Part shown: positions 39,464-48,773 of the stretch, piece by piece
Layout of the letters: each line of letters opens with the position of its first letter
Numbering within the stretch: the first letter of the stretch is position 1
IMG/VR virus record: IMGVR_UViG_3300021431_000092
Coordinates: 1 to 64,000 of that record
Length of the DNA: 64,000 bases
DNA from: a virus
Lineage: Duplodnaviria; Caudoviricetes
Direction: 5' to 3' (one strand)
Program-made: the position numbers and the translations under genes
Notes under the pieces: model-generated
What the model saw: only the letters and a program-made list of their open reading frames with translations
The model's database searches: none
Told to the model about the DNA's origin: nothing

Positions 39464-39488
39464 CAACTAATGGGATGGAGTTGATATC

Positions 39489-39683
39489 ATGGCTGTAACA
39501 ATTAATGATTATGGCAACGTGGCTAACAAGCCTACGGCTGTTTTGTACGGGCTGTCAACAGATACTAAGCCTGTAAGAGAAATAAACGATACGCCGATTG
39601 TAAACGGAAGTGTTTTTATTGAGATGGACACCGGAGACGCTTTCTTTTATGACGAAGAGAATGAGCTTTGGAAGGAAGTTTGA
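39489..39683 (+). CDS. Small hypothetical tail-module protein
   Basis: GGAG RBS; GLSTDTKP..NGSVFIEMDTG..FFYDEENELW. Confidence 0.7.
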   Translation: MAVTINDYGNVANKPTAVLYGLSTDTKPVREINDTPIVNGSVFIEMDTGDAFFYDEENELWKEV

Positions 39684-39694
39684 GGTGAGTATAT

Positions 39695-40717
39695 ATGGAT
39701 GCAGCAACATATGTACTGTGTAGAGGATATGTTAAAAAGACCGCAGAGGCGTTGGGCGCTGTAAAAGGCGCCCCATGCACTATTAAGTCCATAGTCGATG
39801 GTAACGGCGGGCACACCGTAACATTCGAATGGGTTGGTGACAATGATGTTAAACAGACAACAACAATGTTTGTAAAAGATGGGACAGACGGTGTTTCTGT
39901 TGTTGGCGTAACAGTTGATGCAAACAATCATATCATTTGCACTATGTCTGATGGTACAACGATTGACGCTGGTGGTATCTCTGTTTCTGCTGAGACAACG
40001 TCTCCGATTACAACGACAACTTCTGTTGGTGGAATAAAAAGTGACACAACGTATCCTGCCGGAACCGGTATCGAAGATATTATAACTGATATGCTTGTTG
40101 AATATAAAATGCCAACGGTATCTATCAGTCTCGACCCGGGCAGGCTTGTATACGACGTTGTAAATGAAAGCATCTCTGAAATAACGATTACTGGTAACGT
40201 GGTAAAGGGCACAAAAGATATTGTTGAAGTTGTTTTCAGAGTCAATGGTGTAGTTTGGGAGACCGTAACGAATAATGTTAAAGATGGTGGCACGTTTAGT
40301 TATACGTGGGTTCCATCCTCTCCTGTTAATACAACGACATCGTTCTCTGTGTCAGCTTTTGACGGCGATAAGGTTGCTGTTGCACCGTCGCAGATTAACT
40401 TTTATGCAAAAAGTTATTATGGCGTTGTGAGTAGCGATGTTGCGTCTCCGGACGAGGCTCATATTAAAGAACTTTACGGCATCCTGAAGTCTACAAAAGA
40501 ATATGCCGCAAGTCCTATATCCGCTGCTTATGCTAGAATCGTATATGCATACCCGAAAAGCTTCGGAACTATTTCAAGTATTATAGACACATCTTACGGT
40601 CTTAACTACGAGGATAGTTTTACTTTGACAGAAGTAAAAGTAGATAACATCGACTACTATGTCTACACACAGACAGATCCGTCGTCAATCGAAAACATAA
40701 AACTTAGATTCGCGTAA
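39695..40717 (+). CDS. Putative tail fibre / structural protein
   Basis: 340 aa; DGTDGVSVVGVTVDANNHIICTMSDGTTIDAG segment followed by an Ig-like beta region. Confidence 0.6.
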   Translation: MDAATYVLCRGYVKKTAEALGAVKGAPCTIKSIVDGNGGHTVTFEWVGDNDVKQTTTMFVKDGTDGVSVVGVTVDANNHIICTMSDGTTIDAGGISVSAETTSPITTTTSVGGIKSDTTYPAGTGIEDIITDMLVEYKMPTVSISLDPGRLVYDVVNESISEITITGNVVKGTKDIVEVVFRVNGVVWETVTNNVKDGGTFSYTWVPSSPVNTTTSFSVSAFDGDKVAVAPSQINFYAKSYYGVVSSDVASPDEAHIKELYGILKSTKEYAASPISAAYARIVYAYPKSFGTISSIIDTSYGLNYEDSFTLTEVKVDNIDYYVYTQTDPSSIENIKLRFA

Positions 40718-40736
40718 GAAAGGAGAGTGAGTATGT

Positions 40737-42515
40737 ATGTCAATTAACATTTTGGATTCTTTTAATTATAAAGGAAGACGCCCTGATTTTGTGAGACAAC
40801 AGTTCGGAACCATAGAGGCAATGAGAACATTCTCTGAAAACTACCTTCCTGATATGTATCTGTGTTACTGCCTTGAAGACGGAAAGGTATACCTGTACAA
40901 CAAGGATAATGCAGTCGATCAAACAACTGGTCGGTGGAGACAGCTTGAGTCTGGTGGCGGCGGCGGAGATATGACAAATTATTACACCAAGACAGAGACA
41001 AACACGCTGCTCAACGGTAAACAGGACGTACTTGAGTACGACAGTGTGCCTACGTTTGGAAGCACTAAGGTTATGACGTCTAATGCTATTGCAACTGCTC
41101 TTACTGGTAAACAGGATGCGCTGACGGTTGACAGTACGCCTACTAGCGGAAGTAGTAACCCAGTTACATCTGGCGGCGTATATACCGCTCTTAGCGGTAA
41201 GCAGGCAACCCTGACATTCGATAGCGCTCCGACCGCAAACAGCGATAACCCTGTCAAATCAAATGGCATCAAGTCGTATGTTGATACTGCTGAAACAAAT
41301 GCAAAAGCTGATTGGTTCTTAAGAGGCCCGATGATTGCAAGAGATACAGACTTTAATACACTTACAACTCAGGGACATTACTATGTTAATTCTAATGATT
41401 CCGCAAGTACCATGACAAATATACCAGTACCTTACGGCGGAAGACTTGAAATTACAACAATTATCGGTGATACAGCTTACCTTAGACAAACTTACTATGC
41501 GAATACAGACAGAACAGGTCTTATTTGCATCAGAAGACAGAAGACCTCTACATCTGGTTGGTCTGACTGGGTAATATTATCAACTCATGAAGAGTGTGGC
41601 GCAATCGCAAACTTAGGCGCAAAGAATTTAAGTAGAGCGACATTTACATCTAATGATAACATTTATGGCATCGCTGTTACTGCTAATGCTGATGGCACTG
41701 TTACAGCAAATGGAACTGCTACTGCTCCTGCGATTTTACAGAGTTCAACTTTTACACTTAAAGCAGGAACATATATTTTTAGCTGTTCAGAAAACCCACA
41801 AAGAGACTCTACTTATGATGCTTATGTTTATAACGTAGACGCTTCTACAACTATTGCCAGAGACAATCCTAATGATAGCCCCGGAACAACATTTACATTG
41901 GCACAAGATACTACTGTTCGTATCAATTTAAGAGTTGCAAATGGTTATACTGCAAATAATGTTGTATTTAAGCCTATGATTATGGATGCCGCAATTGTTG
42001 ATGCGACTTATCAACCGCCTACTCCAACTAACGCAGAACTTAATGATAGCAAAATTACAATGCTTAACATTCTTGGCGCTGGAACACGTATTACAGCAAC
42101 ATCTGAGGCTCCTCTTAACTTTGATGACGCACCTTTTACTACTGTTGGTCGTTTCAACTGGTTAAGTGCTTCTGCCGCTTATATTACAAATTGTCCTTCA
42201 TACATTAATGGAGAAGCAAAGGGTGGTTCGCTTGAGGTCTCTTATGTACAAGGCCCGGCTAGTGTTCTTCAAACTGTTTATCCTTCTGCGGGTGCTGATA
42301 GCCCTAGCATTTTCTGGCGGCGTTTCCGCTACGGTGGAGGAACAACATCAAATCCTTACAGATGGACAAACTGGTTTGCTTTCGCTGGAACAGAAGTTGT
42401 GCCGCCTAACGCACAAACAACAAATCTTGTTGGTGAAATGAGAAGCGTTGCACCAAGCCTTGAAGAGTCTGATGTTGAAAATCCTGTTGAACTTCAAGAA
42501 GACGAAATGAGATAA
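40737..42515 (+). CDS. Tail fibre / receptor-binding protein with 30-aa repeats and two pyocin-knob-like domains
   Basis: KQD.L..DS.PT.GS..P..S repeat x3; DFNTLTTQGHYYV..QTYY..WSDW and a second knob ..QTVY..WTNW. Confidence 0.75.
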   Translation: MSINILDSFNYKGRRPDFVRQQFGTIEAMRTFSENYLPDMYLCYCLEDGKVYLYNKDNAVDQTTGRWRQLESGGGGGDMTNYYTKTETNTLLNGKQDVLEYDSVPTFGSTKVMTSNAIATALTGKQDALTVDSTPTSGSSNPVTSGGVYTALSGKQATLTFDSAPTANSDNPVKSNGIKSYVDTAETNAKADWFLRGPMIARDTDFNTLTTQGHYYVNSNDSASTMTNIPVPYGGRLEITTIIGDTAYLRQTYYANTDRTGLICIRRQKTSTSGWSDWVILSTHEECGAIANLGAKNLSRATFTSNDNIYGIAVTANADGTVTANGTATAPAILQSSTFTLKAGTYIFSCSENPQRDSTYDAYVYNVDASTTIARDNPNDSPGTTFTLAQDTTVRINLRVANGYTANNVVFKPMIMDAAIVDATYQPPTPTNAELNDSKITMLNILGAGTRITATSEAPLNFDDAPFTTVGRFNWLSASAAYITNCPSYINGEAKGGSLEVSYVQGPASVLQTVYPSAGADSPSIFWRRFRYGGGTTSNPYRWTNWFAFAGTEVVPPNAQTTNLVGEMRSVAPSLEESDVENPVELQEDEMR

Positions 42516-42582
42516 CAACGAAATCGCGACAGTATCTAATGTGCTGTCGTAGTTATTTATTACTATGTTAGGGGGTGCAACA

Positions 42583-42924
42583 ATGGATAAGGAGACTATT
42601 ATTTCTATTATTGGATCAAGCGGAATTATGGGCATTTTTACAAGTATTATTTTTTCAAAAATGAGAAAGTCTGCGGAAGATAGCAAGGCTCTTCGGCGTG
42701 GCGTACAGGCTTTACTCAGACACGAACTGTATGAAATATACTATGAGTACGCTCAGAACAGAAAATATGCACCAGTGTCTGTAAAAGAGGATTTTGAAAA
42801 TATGTATGAACAGTACCATTCGCTCGGCGCGAACGGCGTTATGGATGGTATTCATGAGGAGTTCAAACTTCTTCCGACTGCGCCGCCGCAGGAAGGTGTG
42901 ATGCCTAATGAACATCAAGGATAA
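42583..42924 (+). CDS. Holin-like protein (one N-terminal TM segment)
   Basis: TM segment then GVQALLR..YEQYHSLGANG; upstream of the endolysin. Confidence 0.65.
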   Translation: MDKETIISIIGSSGIMGIFTSIIFSKMRKSAEDSKALRRGVQALLRHELYEIYYEYAQNRKYAPVSVKEDFENMYEQYHSLGANGVMDGIHEEFKLLPTAPPQEGVMPNEHQG

Positions 42925-43099
42925 ATTTGTAAAACTCGTCGACGTTAAGTCGATCATGACAATTATTTTGACCGTCATGTTTTGCATTCTTGCAGGAATG
43001 AAAGTAGTGTCTGGCGAACAATTCCTGACTGTTTATACTGTTGTCGTCTCTTTTTTCTTTGGAGTAAAGAGCGGACAGGATCAGGGCAAGAAAGAATAA
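42908..43099 (+). CDS. Small holin (two TM segments)
   Basis: 63 aa; VKSIMTIILT..VVVSFFFG; basic tail. Confidence 0.7.
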   Translation: MNIKDKFVKLVDVKSIMTIILTVMFCILAGMKVVSGEQFLTVYTVVVSFFFGVKSGQDQGKKE

Positions 43100-43102
43100 A
43101 TC

Positions 43103-43137
43103 AAAAGTGCCCGATTTAATAGTCGGGCACTTTTTTT
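43103..43137 (+). terminator. Intrinsic terminator between the holins and the endolysin
   Basis: AAAAGTGCCCGATT/AGTCGGGCACTTTT stem with a T7 run. Confidence 0.8.
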
Positions 43138-43154
43138 ATGAAAGGATGAATGTT

Positions 43155-44672
43155 ATGTCTGATTATTCACGTATGATTGACGTGTCTGCGCATCAGGCTA
43201 ATATAGATTGGGGCGCTGTAAAGAATAGCGGCTCTGTTGATGCTGTTATTATGAGATGCGGAATTAGCACAAGAAAGAACGGAAATCTTGTACTTAATAA
43301 GGATAGTTGTTTTGATAAGAATTATAGAGGGGCAAAAGAAAACTTTATTCCTGTCGGAGTGTATTACTATTCACATGCGCTCAATACTAATGAAGCTGTA
43401 AAAGAGGCTGAATTTGTAATTGACATTTTGAAAAACGGACACTATGAATTTCCAGTGTATTATGACGTAGAAGAGAAAGAACAGCTCGGACTCGGAAAGA
43501 CTGTCGTTTCAAACATTGTTCGCGCATTCTTATCCAAAGTCGAATCGGCCGGATATTGGGTTGGCATCTATGGTTCAAGGTACCCTCTCGTGGATTATAT
43601 TGACGAAGATATAAGAAATAGATATGCAGTATGGGTTGCGCATATCGGAGTGCAGAAAACTTCTTATCCCGGCGCGTATGGCATGTGGCAGTATAGTTGG
43701 ACTGGAAGAATCTCCGGCATCAATGGAGACGTTGATCTGGATCGTTGTTATGTAGATTATCCGAGCAAGATTAGATCTAAGGGACTGAATGGATTCACAG
43801 CGACCACACCAGCCTCTCAGGGAGAGCATAGGCAGAATTATACTAATCCATATTCTATCCCAACGAGAACCTTGAGAAAGGGAGATAGCGGAGATGATGT
43901 TAGATGGATGCAGAATAGCCTTATTTATCTTGGTTATAATTGTGGTAATTCTGGAGCTGACGGAAGTTTTGGGAATAATACAGATAGGGCGCTGAGGGCG
44001 TTTCAGTCTAATATGGGTCTTTCTGTCGATGGTGTGTGCGGCCCCGCAACAAGAGCCGCTATTATAAGCGCTACTGGTCAGTCTCAGCGGGAAGTAAAGC
44101 ACAATACATTTACTCAGAGACTTACACGTCCAGAAGCTGGAAATAAGTTCTTTATCACTAGATCGGCAGGCGGATGGAGCACAGCAATTATTGGCAAGCC
44201 TACTGATAGCAAATGTAATGTCCTGTCTAATTGTGTGGGATATGCGTTCGGCAGATTCAATGAGATTTTGTATCAGACTCTTGATGCTAATAGTATTAGT
44301 AAGCTCTTTAAGGATAACGGTGGTAGTCTCGTAGATCTTCATCTTAATAAGGATATGCCGTTGCTTGCGCCTAGAAACGCTGAGAACTTCTATGACGTTG
44401 CTATCCAGCAGGGGCTTACTGTTTCTCAGACACCAAAGGTCGGCGCTATTATGTGCTGGCAGAAGGGCGCTACTAGGACAAGTTCAGATGGCGCAGGGCA
44501 TGTCGCTGTTGTTGAAAGAGTTGTTTCGTCGACAGAGGTCGTCACAAGTGAATCTGGATATAACTGCTCCAACCCGTTCTGGACTCAAAACAGAAAGAAG
44601 AGTGGCGGTAATTGGGGTCAGTCAAGCGCATATAGATTTCTTGGCTTCATTCTAAATCCTGCCGTAAAATAA
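43155..44672 (+). CDS. Endolysin: GH25 muramidase + PG_binding_1 + CHAP
   Basis: IDVSAHQ, YYDVE, WQYS..GDVDLD; LRKGDSGDDVRWMQ..DGSFG..DGVCGPAT; NCVGYA..GHVAVVE..SES. Confidence 0.9.
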   Translation: MSDYSRMIDVSAHQANIDWGAVKNSGSVDAVIMRCGISTRKNGNLVLNKDSCFDKNYRGAKENFIPVGVYYYSHALNTNEAVKEAEFVIDILKNGHYEFPVYYDVEEKEQLGLGKTVVSNIVRAFLSKVESAGYWVGIYGSRYPLVDYIDEDIRNRYAVWVAHIGVQKTSYPGAYGMWQYSWTGRISGINGDVDLDRCYVDYPSKIRSKGLNGFTATTPASQGEHRQNYTNPYSIPTRTLRKGDSGDDVRWMQNSLIYLGYNCGNSGADGSFGNNTDRALRAFQSNMGLSVDGVCGPATRAAIISATGQSQREVKHNTFTQRLTRPEAGNKFFITRSAGGWSTAIIGKPTDSKCNVLSNCVGYAFGRFNEILYQTLDANSISKLFKDNGGSLVDLHLNKDMPLLAPRNAENFYDVAIQQGLTVSQTPKVGAIMCWQKGATRTSSDGAGHVAVVERVVSSTEVVTSESGYNCSNPFWTQNRKKSGGNWGQSSAYRFLGFILNPAVK

Positions 44673-44773
44673 TAACTTCGATTTGTATTGTACCCATAAA
44701 TAGGTTATAGGGTTACCCATTTACCACAACTTGGATAGGCGAAAGCCGAAAGAAAATGATTTGAAATAAAAAA

Positions 44774-44817
44774 ACGGGATGCATACAGCCTATCTGACTG
44801 TGCATCCCGTACTTTTT
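44774..44817 (+). terminator. Terminator ending the late operon (possibly bidirectional)
   Basis: ACGGGATGCA/TGCATCCCGT stem with upstream A-run and downstream T-run. Confidence 0.75.
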
Positions 44818-44889
44818 CTGTATTAATGAGCGTACATACCGGTGTTTACGTGCCATTTCCCACTTCTGAATAACCATTAGTTATTGGAA

Positions 44890-45118
44890 ATATGACGCAA
44901 CATATGACGCTGCGTTTATAAACATACGTATCTACGTTCATTTCATTTGATTGTAGGCGGGTTCGATTCCCCTCACCTGCTTATATGTATAAGTCACGTA
45001 TTTGCGCGTTTTTCGCGTAGGTGCGTGACTTTTCTTTTTGTCAAAACCGCTCATATCTCATAATATCTGGTGATAAATCACCATATTTAGTGATCGCATA
45101 TGACGCGAGATATGACGC
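44890..45118. other. Putative attP: tRNA 3'-end core (44959-44981) flanked by paired integrase arm repeats ATATGACGC
   Basis: GGGTTCGATTCCCCTCACCTGCT is a T-loop plus acceptor 3' strand (tRNA-Gly-like); ATATGACGC at 44890, 44902, 45098 and 45110; adjacent to the integrase 3' end. Confidence 0.8.
44991..45040 (+). terminator. Terminator-like hairpin downstream of the att core
   Basis: AAGTCACGTATTTGCGCG/CGCGTAGGTGCGTGACTT stem plus T-rich tail. Confidence 0.65.
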
Positions 45119-45165
45119 AAAATTCTAAAACGTCATAAAAAGTAGTCTAAAAAAGTAAGTTTATT

Positions 45166-46206
45166 TCATACGAGACTGTCGTCCGTATCCTCTAATGTCA
45201 TATTAAACAGTTTCGTGTAGTAATCGTTCACTATATTTTCTGCGACGTCTCTGTCTGGCGTGAACGAATGTTGGTAGACATTTCGCATAGTTGTCGTAGT
45301 AGACCATCCACCTCTATCAGCCGCAACTCTATCCGTTATTCCTAGACGGTTCATGTCTGACGCGGCTATATGTCTTAGGTCGTGGAATCTAATGTTTTTG
45401 TATCCTGCCTTTTCCATTAATCTTGTGAATTGAGAATAAATTGCTTTGCCAGTAAGCTTCGTTGCATACTCTCCATCCTGAGCCAAGATCATCTCCTTGA
45501 GTTGCTTCGGGAGCTTTACAATGCGTCTGGTTGAATCTGTCTTGGTCAACTGCTTCTCTACGTGTTCTCTATTAATAGTAACGATCACGTTCTCTATATA
45601 CAGCTCATCGCCATGTATGGCAGACTTTTTTATACCACGAACCTCAGACAATCTTAGGCACAGCCAAAGCGCAAGCAACACTGGAAGCTCAACAGGCTTT
45701 CCGTGAACCGCCTTAAACACTTCCTCCGATGTCGGGAGATCTCTCTTCAACTTACGAGCTTTTCTCGGCAGTCTGATATTAAACACGAAGTCCGGTCTGT
45801 ACATTGATATCGTCGATCTGAGCAGCCCATATACGTTGCATACGGTCTTTGCGCTTACTATAGCGCACTCAGAGTTTACCCACTTCTGTATGTCCTCTCT
45901 TGTTACACAGTCAATCTTGATACGCTCTATTCTAACGATGTGGTTTCTGCGTATCTTCTGATAGCTGTCGATTGTGGACGGAGACAAGACATTTGACTTA
46001 CTTTTGATGTATCTGTCAACGGCCTCGCCTATCGTCATACATTGTTTTGACGCATGCTTCTGTGTCATGAATGCGAGTGCCAGATACTCTGCATTCTTTT
46101 TCGTGTCAGCCGTAATCGACTTGTATGACGGGTGTCCGAACTCGTCACGGCCTACATACACTCGCACTCTCCACTTTCCTGATGGCGTTTTCTTAGCTTT
46201 TGGCAT
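45166..46206 (-). CDS. int: Phage integrase (tyrosine recombinase with arm-binding N-domain)
   Basis: GKWRVRVY arm domain; LRLSEVRG, TKT, FHDLRH, GGW, VYQH. Confidence 0.93.
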   Translation of the reverse strand: MPKAKKTPSGKWRVRVYVGRDEFGHPSYKSITADTKKNAEYLALAFMTQKHASKQCMTIGEAVDRYIKSKSNVLSPSTIDSYQKIRRNHIVRIERIKIDCVTREDIQKWVNSECAIVSAKTVCNVYGLLRSTISMYRPDFVFNIRLPRKARKLKRDLPTSEEVFKAVHGKPVELPVLLALWLCLRLSEVRGIKKSAIHGDELYIENVIVTINREHVEKQLTKTDSTRRIVKLPKQLKEMILAQDGEYATKLTGKAIYSQFTRLMEKAGYKNIRFHDLRHIAASDMNRLGITDRVAADRGGWSTTTTMRNVYQHSFTPDRDVAENIVNDYYTKLFNMTLEDTDDSLV

Positions 46207-46265
46207 AAGAATTCCTCCTTATAAATAGTATGCCGCAGACACGCTATGTTGCCTGCGGCTATGTA

Positions 46266-46502
46266 TCAGTCACAGGTGTAGGATGAGATTGCGCTTATCA
46301 CTTTCTCTACTGGAAGATTAAGAGCCCGAAAGTATATCCACATTCTGCCAATAGGCATTTGTTCCGGATGCGCTGCGTCTCTCGACACAGTGTTTGGATG
46401 CACACCAGCGATCTTTGCGAGATCTTTCTTGTGCATTCTATTCTTATAAAGAGAACTTTCGATCATACCCCATACTTCTGCCGACGGAGTTTGCATTCTC
46501 AT
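46266..46502 (-). CDS. Small HTH (Cro/XRE-like) protein; possible excisionase or regulator
   Basis: KKDLAKIAGVHPNTVSR; next to the integrase. Confidence 0.65.
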   Translation of the reverse strand: MRMQTPSAEVWGMIESSLYKNRMHKKDLAKIAGVHPNTVSRDAAHPEQMPIGRMWIYFRALNLPVEKVISAISSYTCD

Positions 46503-46514
46503 ACGCTCATCACC

Positions 46515-46958
46515 TTAATAAAAGCACACTTTTATTTCTATAGAGGTGTCTTCGAACACGCGGAATATAATTCCTTTTACGATACCCCATTCAAGCTTAT
46601 CAAGGCCGCAACCAATCTTTGGCATTGCAACCTTATTGATTCCATGAAGCAGGCACTCGACCTTCATATCCTCAAGAGCGCCCTCTATAGAGTCGTATGT
46701 AGGCTTATGCCAATAGCGTTCCTTTGTGACAAGGTTGAACACACCGTCTTTATACAGACATGCATGTGTCTTACATAGCCTCTTCCACTCATCGTGAAAG
46801 TTAGGATACTCGCTAATCATCTTGTTCTTCATATCGAAGTGTTTGTTGAACTCAACCGCGATACCATTACCCATTCCGAAGTCCGCGCTTATACACTGTG
46901 CGAGAGAATAACCTCTGCCAACATCAAATAGGTTCATTTTCTCTTCTGAATAAGTCAT
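46515..46958 (-). CDS. Macrodomain protein (Poa1p/TARG1/DarG-like ADP-ribosylhydrolase)
   Basis: AQCISAD.GMG.GIA; FNLVTK; AMPKIGCGLD.LEW. Confidence 0.85.
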   Translation of the reverse strand: MTYSEEKMNLFDVGRGYSLAQCISADFGMGNGIAVEFNKHFDMKNKMISEYPNFHDEWKRLCKTHACLYKDGVFNLVTKERYWHKPTYDSIEGALEDMKVECLLHGINKVAMPKIGCGLDKLEWGIVKGIIFRVFEDTSIEIKVCFY

Positions 46959-46961
46959 ACG

Positions 46962-47180
46962 TTACCTCCATTCAATTTGTGGCACTAGATTGACCACTGC
47001 TTTTTTAGACCAGTCGAAAAATGTTCCGCATTCATCGCACGCTATATCTCTTTCGTTGATAATATTAGAGCACGTTGGACATATATACCGCACCTTATAT
47101 CTTGCGTCCCATCCGTCATTGCCTTCGCTCCATACCGCTCTTGCCGAAGGTCTTACTTTTACAGGCTTATTATACCCCAT
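46962..47180 (-). CDS. Zn-ribbon hypothetical protein
   Basis: CPTC..CDECG..FDW. Confidence 0.7.
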   Translation of the reverse strand: MGYNKPVKVRPSARAVWSEGNDGWDARYKVRYICPTCSNIINERDIACDECGTFFDWSKKAVVNLVPQIEWR

Positions 47181-47181
47181 A

Positions 47182-47337
47182 TTACCACCACCTATGCTTC
47201 GGTTTTCTTTTTCGTTTGTAGCGTTTCGGTTTATACTTATTGGATGGTCTTATCTCAGAATAAATCAATCCTATTAGAATACAGATTAAAATCCATAAGC
47301 TCACGACTATACATATGTCGAATATCAATCCTGCCAC
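47182..47337 (-). CDS. Small membrane protein with very basic C-terminus (51 aa; not in ORF track)
   Basis: AAGGAG upstream of GTG; MAGLIFDICIVVSLWILICILIGLIYSEIRPSNKYKPKRYKRKRKPKHRWW*; abuts the next gene. Confidence 0.6.
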   Translation of the reverse strand: MAGLIFDICIVVSLWILICILIGLIYSEIRPSNKYKPKRYKRKRKPKHRWW

Positions 47338-47477
47338 TCAACATTCATCTCCTTTTATCGCCTTTTTATCGCCTTTTATCTCCTTTTAGGGTGCAAATCA
47401 GTGTTTAATACGCTGAAATGCACCCTATTTTTTTATGATTTTGTATATAAAATCACCGTTTTATTATTCGCAACTTA

Positions 47478-47957
47478 TTACTTAGTTCCAGTGCTTCCAA
47501 ACCCTCCGTCACCGCGCTCTGTCTGTTCAAGTTCGTCGACCTCGTTGAACTCAACCGGAAGGAACGGAATTACAACAAGCTGTGCGATACGCTCGCCATT
47601 CTGAATGGTTTGATATTCTTCGCTATCGTTATGGAGAGCAACGATTATCTCCCCCGTAAAATCTGCGTCCACAACGCCTACAGAATTGGCAGGGCGAAGA
47701 CTTCTCTTGATAGCAATTCCGCTGCGTGCAAAAATAGCACCAAAGTAGCCACGAGGAATGCTCGCACAAATACCAGTTCCAATCTTGACAGTTTCATGAG
47801 GCATAATAGTGAGTTCTTCCATATCAAGGTGCGCATAAAGATCATAGCCTGCTGCCTCAGCAGATCCTCTTGTCGGTATCTTTGCATTCTTATCGAGAAG
47901 CTTGATGTCAATTATTGCTGTATACCCGCCATCAATATTATCAATTCCAACTCTCAT
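47478..47957 (-). CDS. dut: dUTPase (trimeric)
   Basis: AAGYDL, ARSG, GVVDADFTG, RIAQL, RGDGGFGSTG. Confidence 0.95.
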   Translation of the reverse strand: MRVGIDNIDGGYTAIIDIKLLDKNAKIPTRGSAEAAGYDLYAHLDMEELTIMPHETVKIGTGICASIPRGYFGAIFARSGIAIKRSLRPANSVGVVDADFTGEIIVALHNDSEEYQTIQNGERIAQLVVIPFLPVEFNEVDELEQTERGDGGFGSTGTK

Positions 47958-47959
47958 TA

Positions 47960-48469
47960 TTATTTCCCTCCATTGATACGTTTTTTTGCTGCCTCATAAT
48001 CTTCAACCAAGAACTCATAGAAGACAACATCGTGATATTTTCCATCGAAGTAAGCACTTCTTGTCAGTCTGCCGACTATCTTACCGCCATATCGTTCAGC
48101 AAATTTGTCGTACACCTTACATACTGGATTGTCTGTAAATGCCCAGAACTCACATCTCTGTGCTCCGTTCTCAAACATATACTTCACTCGATCGAGTGCA
48201 TCGGCAATGAGCGGGAATGCGTAGTCTCTAAACGATATCAGACCGAATTGCGTCATAGACTTGCTGCCGTCATTGTAGTTATAGGAGAAAAACCCGTCTA
48301 CCTCTCCGTTGCTATCAAGATGTACAAAGTCGTGTCTCCAATCAGTATTTTCAGGAACCGAGAATTCGTTATGTTCTCCGCCGAAATACCAGCGATATTT
48401 TGGATCATACCAGCATGAAATGAGCTTTCTTTTAAGCTCTTCTCTGTAGAGTTGTGCTGGATAAAGCAT
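47960..48469 (-). CDS. GNAT/RimJ-fold-like hypothetical protein
   Basis: DNPVCKVYDKF..YGGKIVGRLT..FDGKYHDVVFYE C-terminal pattern. Confidence 0.55.
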   Translation of the reverse strand: MLYPAQLYREELKRKLISCWYDPKYRWYFGGEHNEFSVPENTDWRHDFVHLDSNGEVDGFFSYNYNDGSKSMTQFGLISFRDYAFPLIADALDRVKYMFENGAQRCEFWAFTDNPVCKVYDKFAERYGGKIVGRLTRSAYFDGKYHDVVFYEFLVEDYEAAKKRINGGK

Positions 48470-48485
48470 TCAAAACAACCTTTCT

Positions 48486-48773
48486 TTATATTTGTACTGT
48501 GAACGTGAATCTTGCATCAGACGTTCCGTCTTCATTATAAATTCTAATGGAACTAGACGCTAATTTATCGTCGTTCCATTTTTGAATGGCGCCGTTTTTT
48601 GTTGTATCACCTACAGAATGCGGTCTGATTTTGCACCCCTTGTTCTCACATGACACGAAGTACGATGTAGCGTTGCAACTGTTAATCACGTTTGTAAAAT
48701 CAAATTCAAGGATTGTAGGCATCTTGCCGCAATATCTACACGGTTTTGGTTCGATAAAACAGCCCATTGTCAC
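48486..48773 (-). CDS. Lar (restriction alleviation)-like Zn-finger protein
   Basis: KPCRYCG..VSCENKGC..AIQKWN. Confidence 0.6.
   Translation of the reverse strand: MTMGCFIEPKPCRYCGKMPTILEFDFTNVINSCNATSYFVSCENKGCKIRPHSVGDTTKNGAIQKWNDDKLASSSIRIYNEDGTSDARFTFTVQI

Noticed and set aside
35339-42515. Diversity-generating retroelement or invertible fibre cassette
   Set aside because: No reverse transcriptase, TR/VR pair or inverted fibre fragments seen in this window.
44673-44760. Possible small RNA with a GGC-GAAA-GCC tetraloop after the endolysin
   Set aside because: Too little structure to support a call.
44930-44990. Complete tRNA gene
   Set aside because: Only the T-loop and 3' acceptor strand are present, with no D arm or anticodon arm; treated as the att core.
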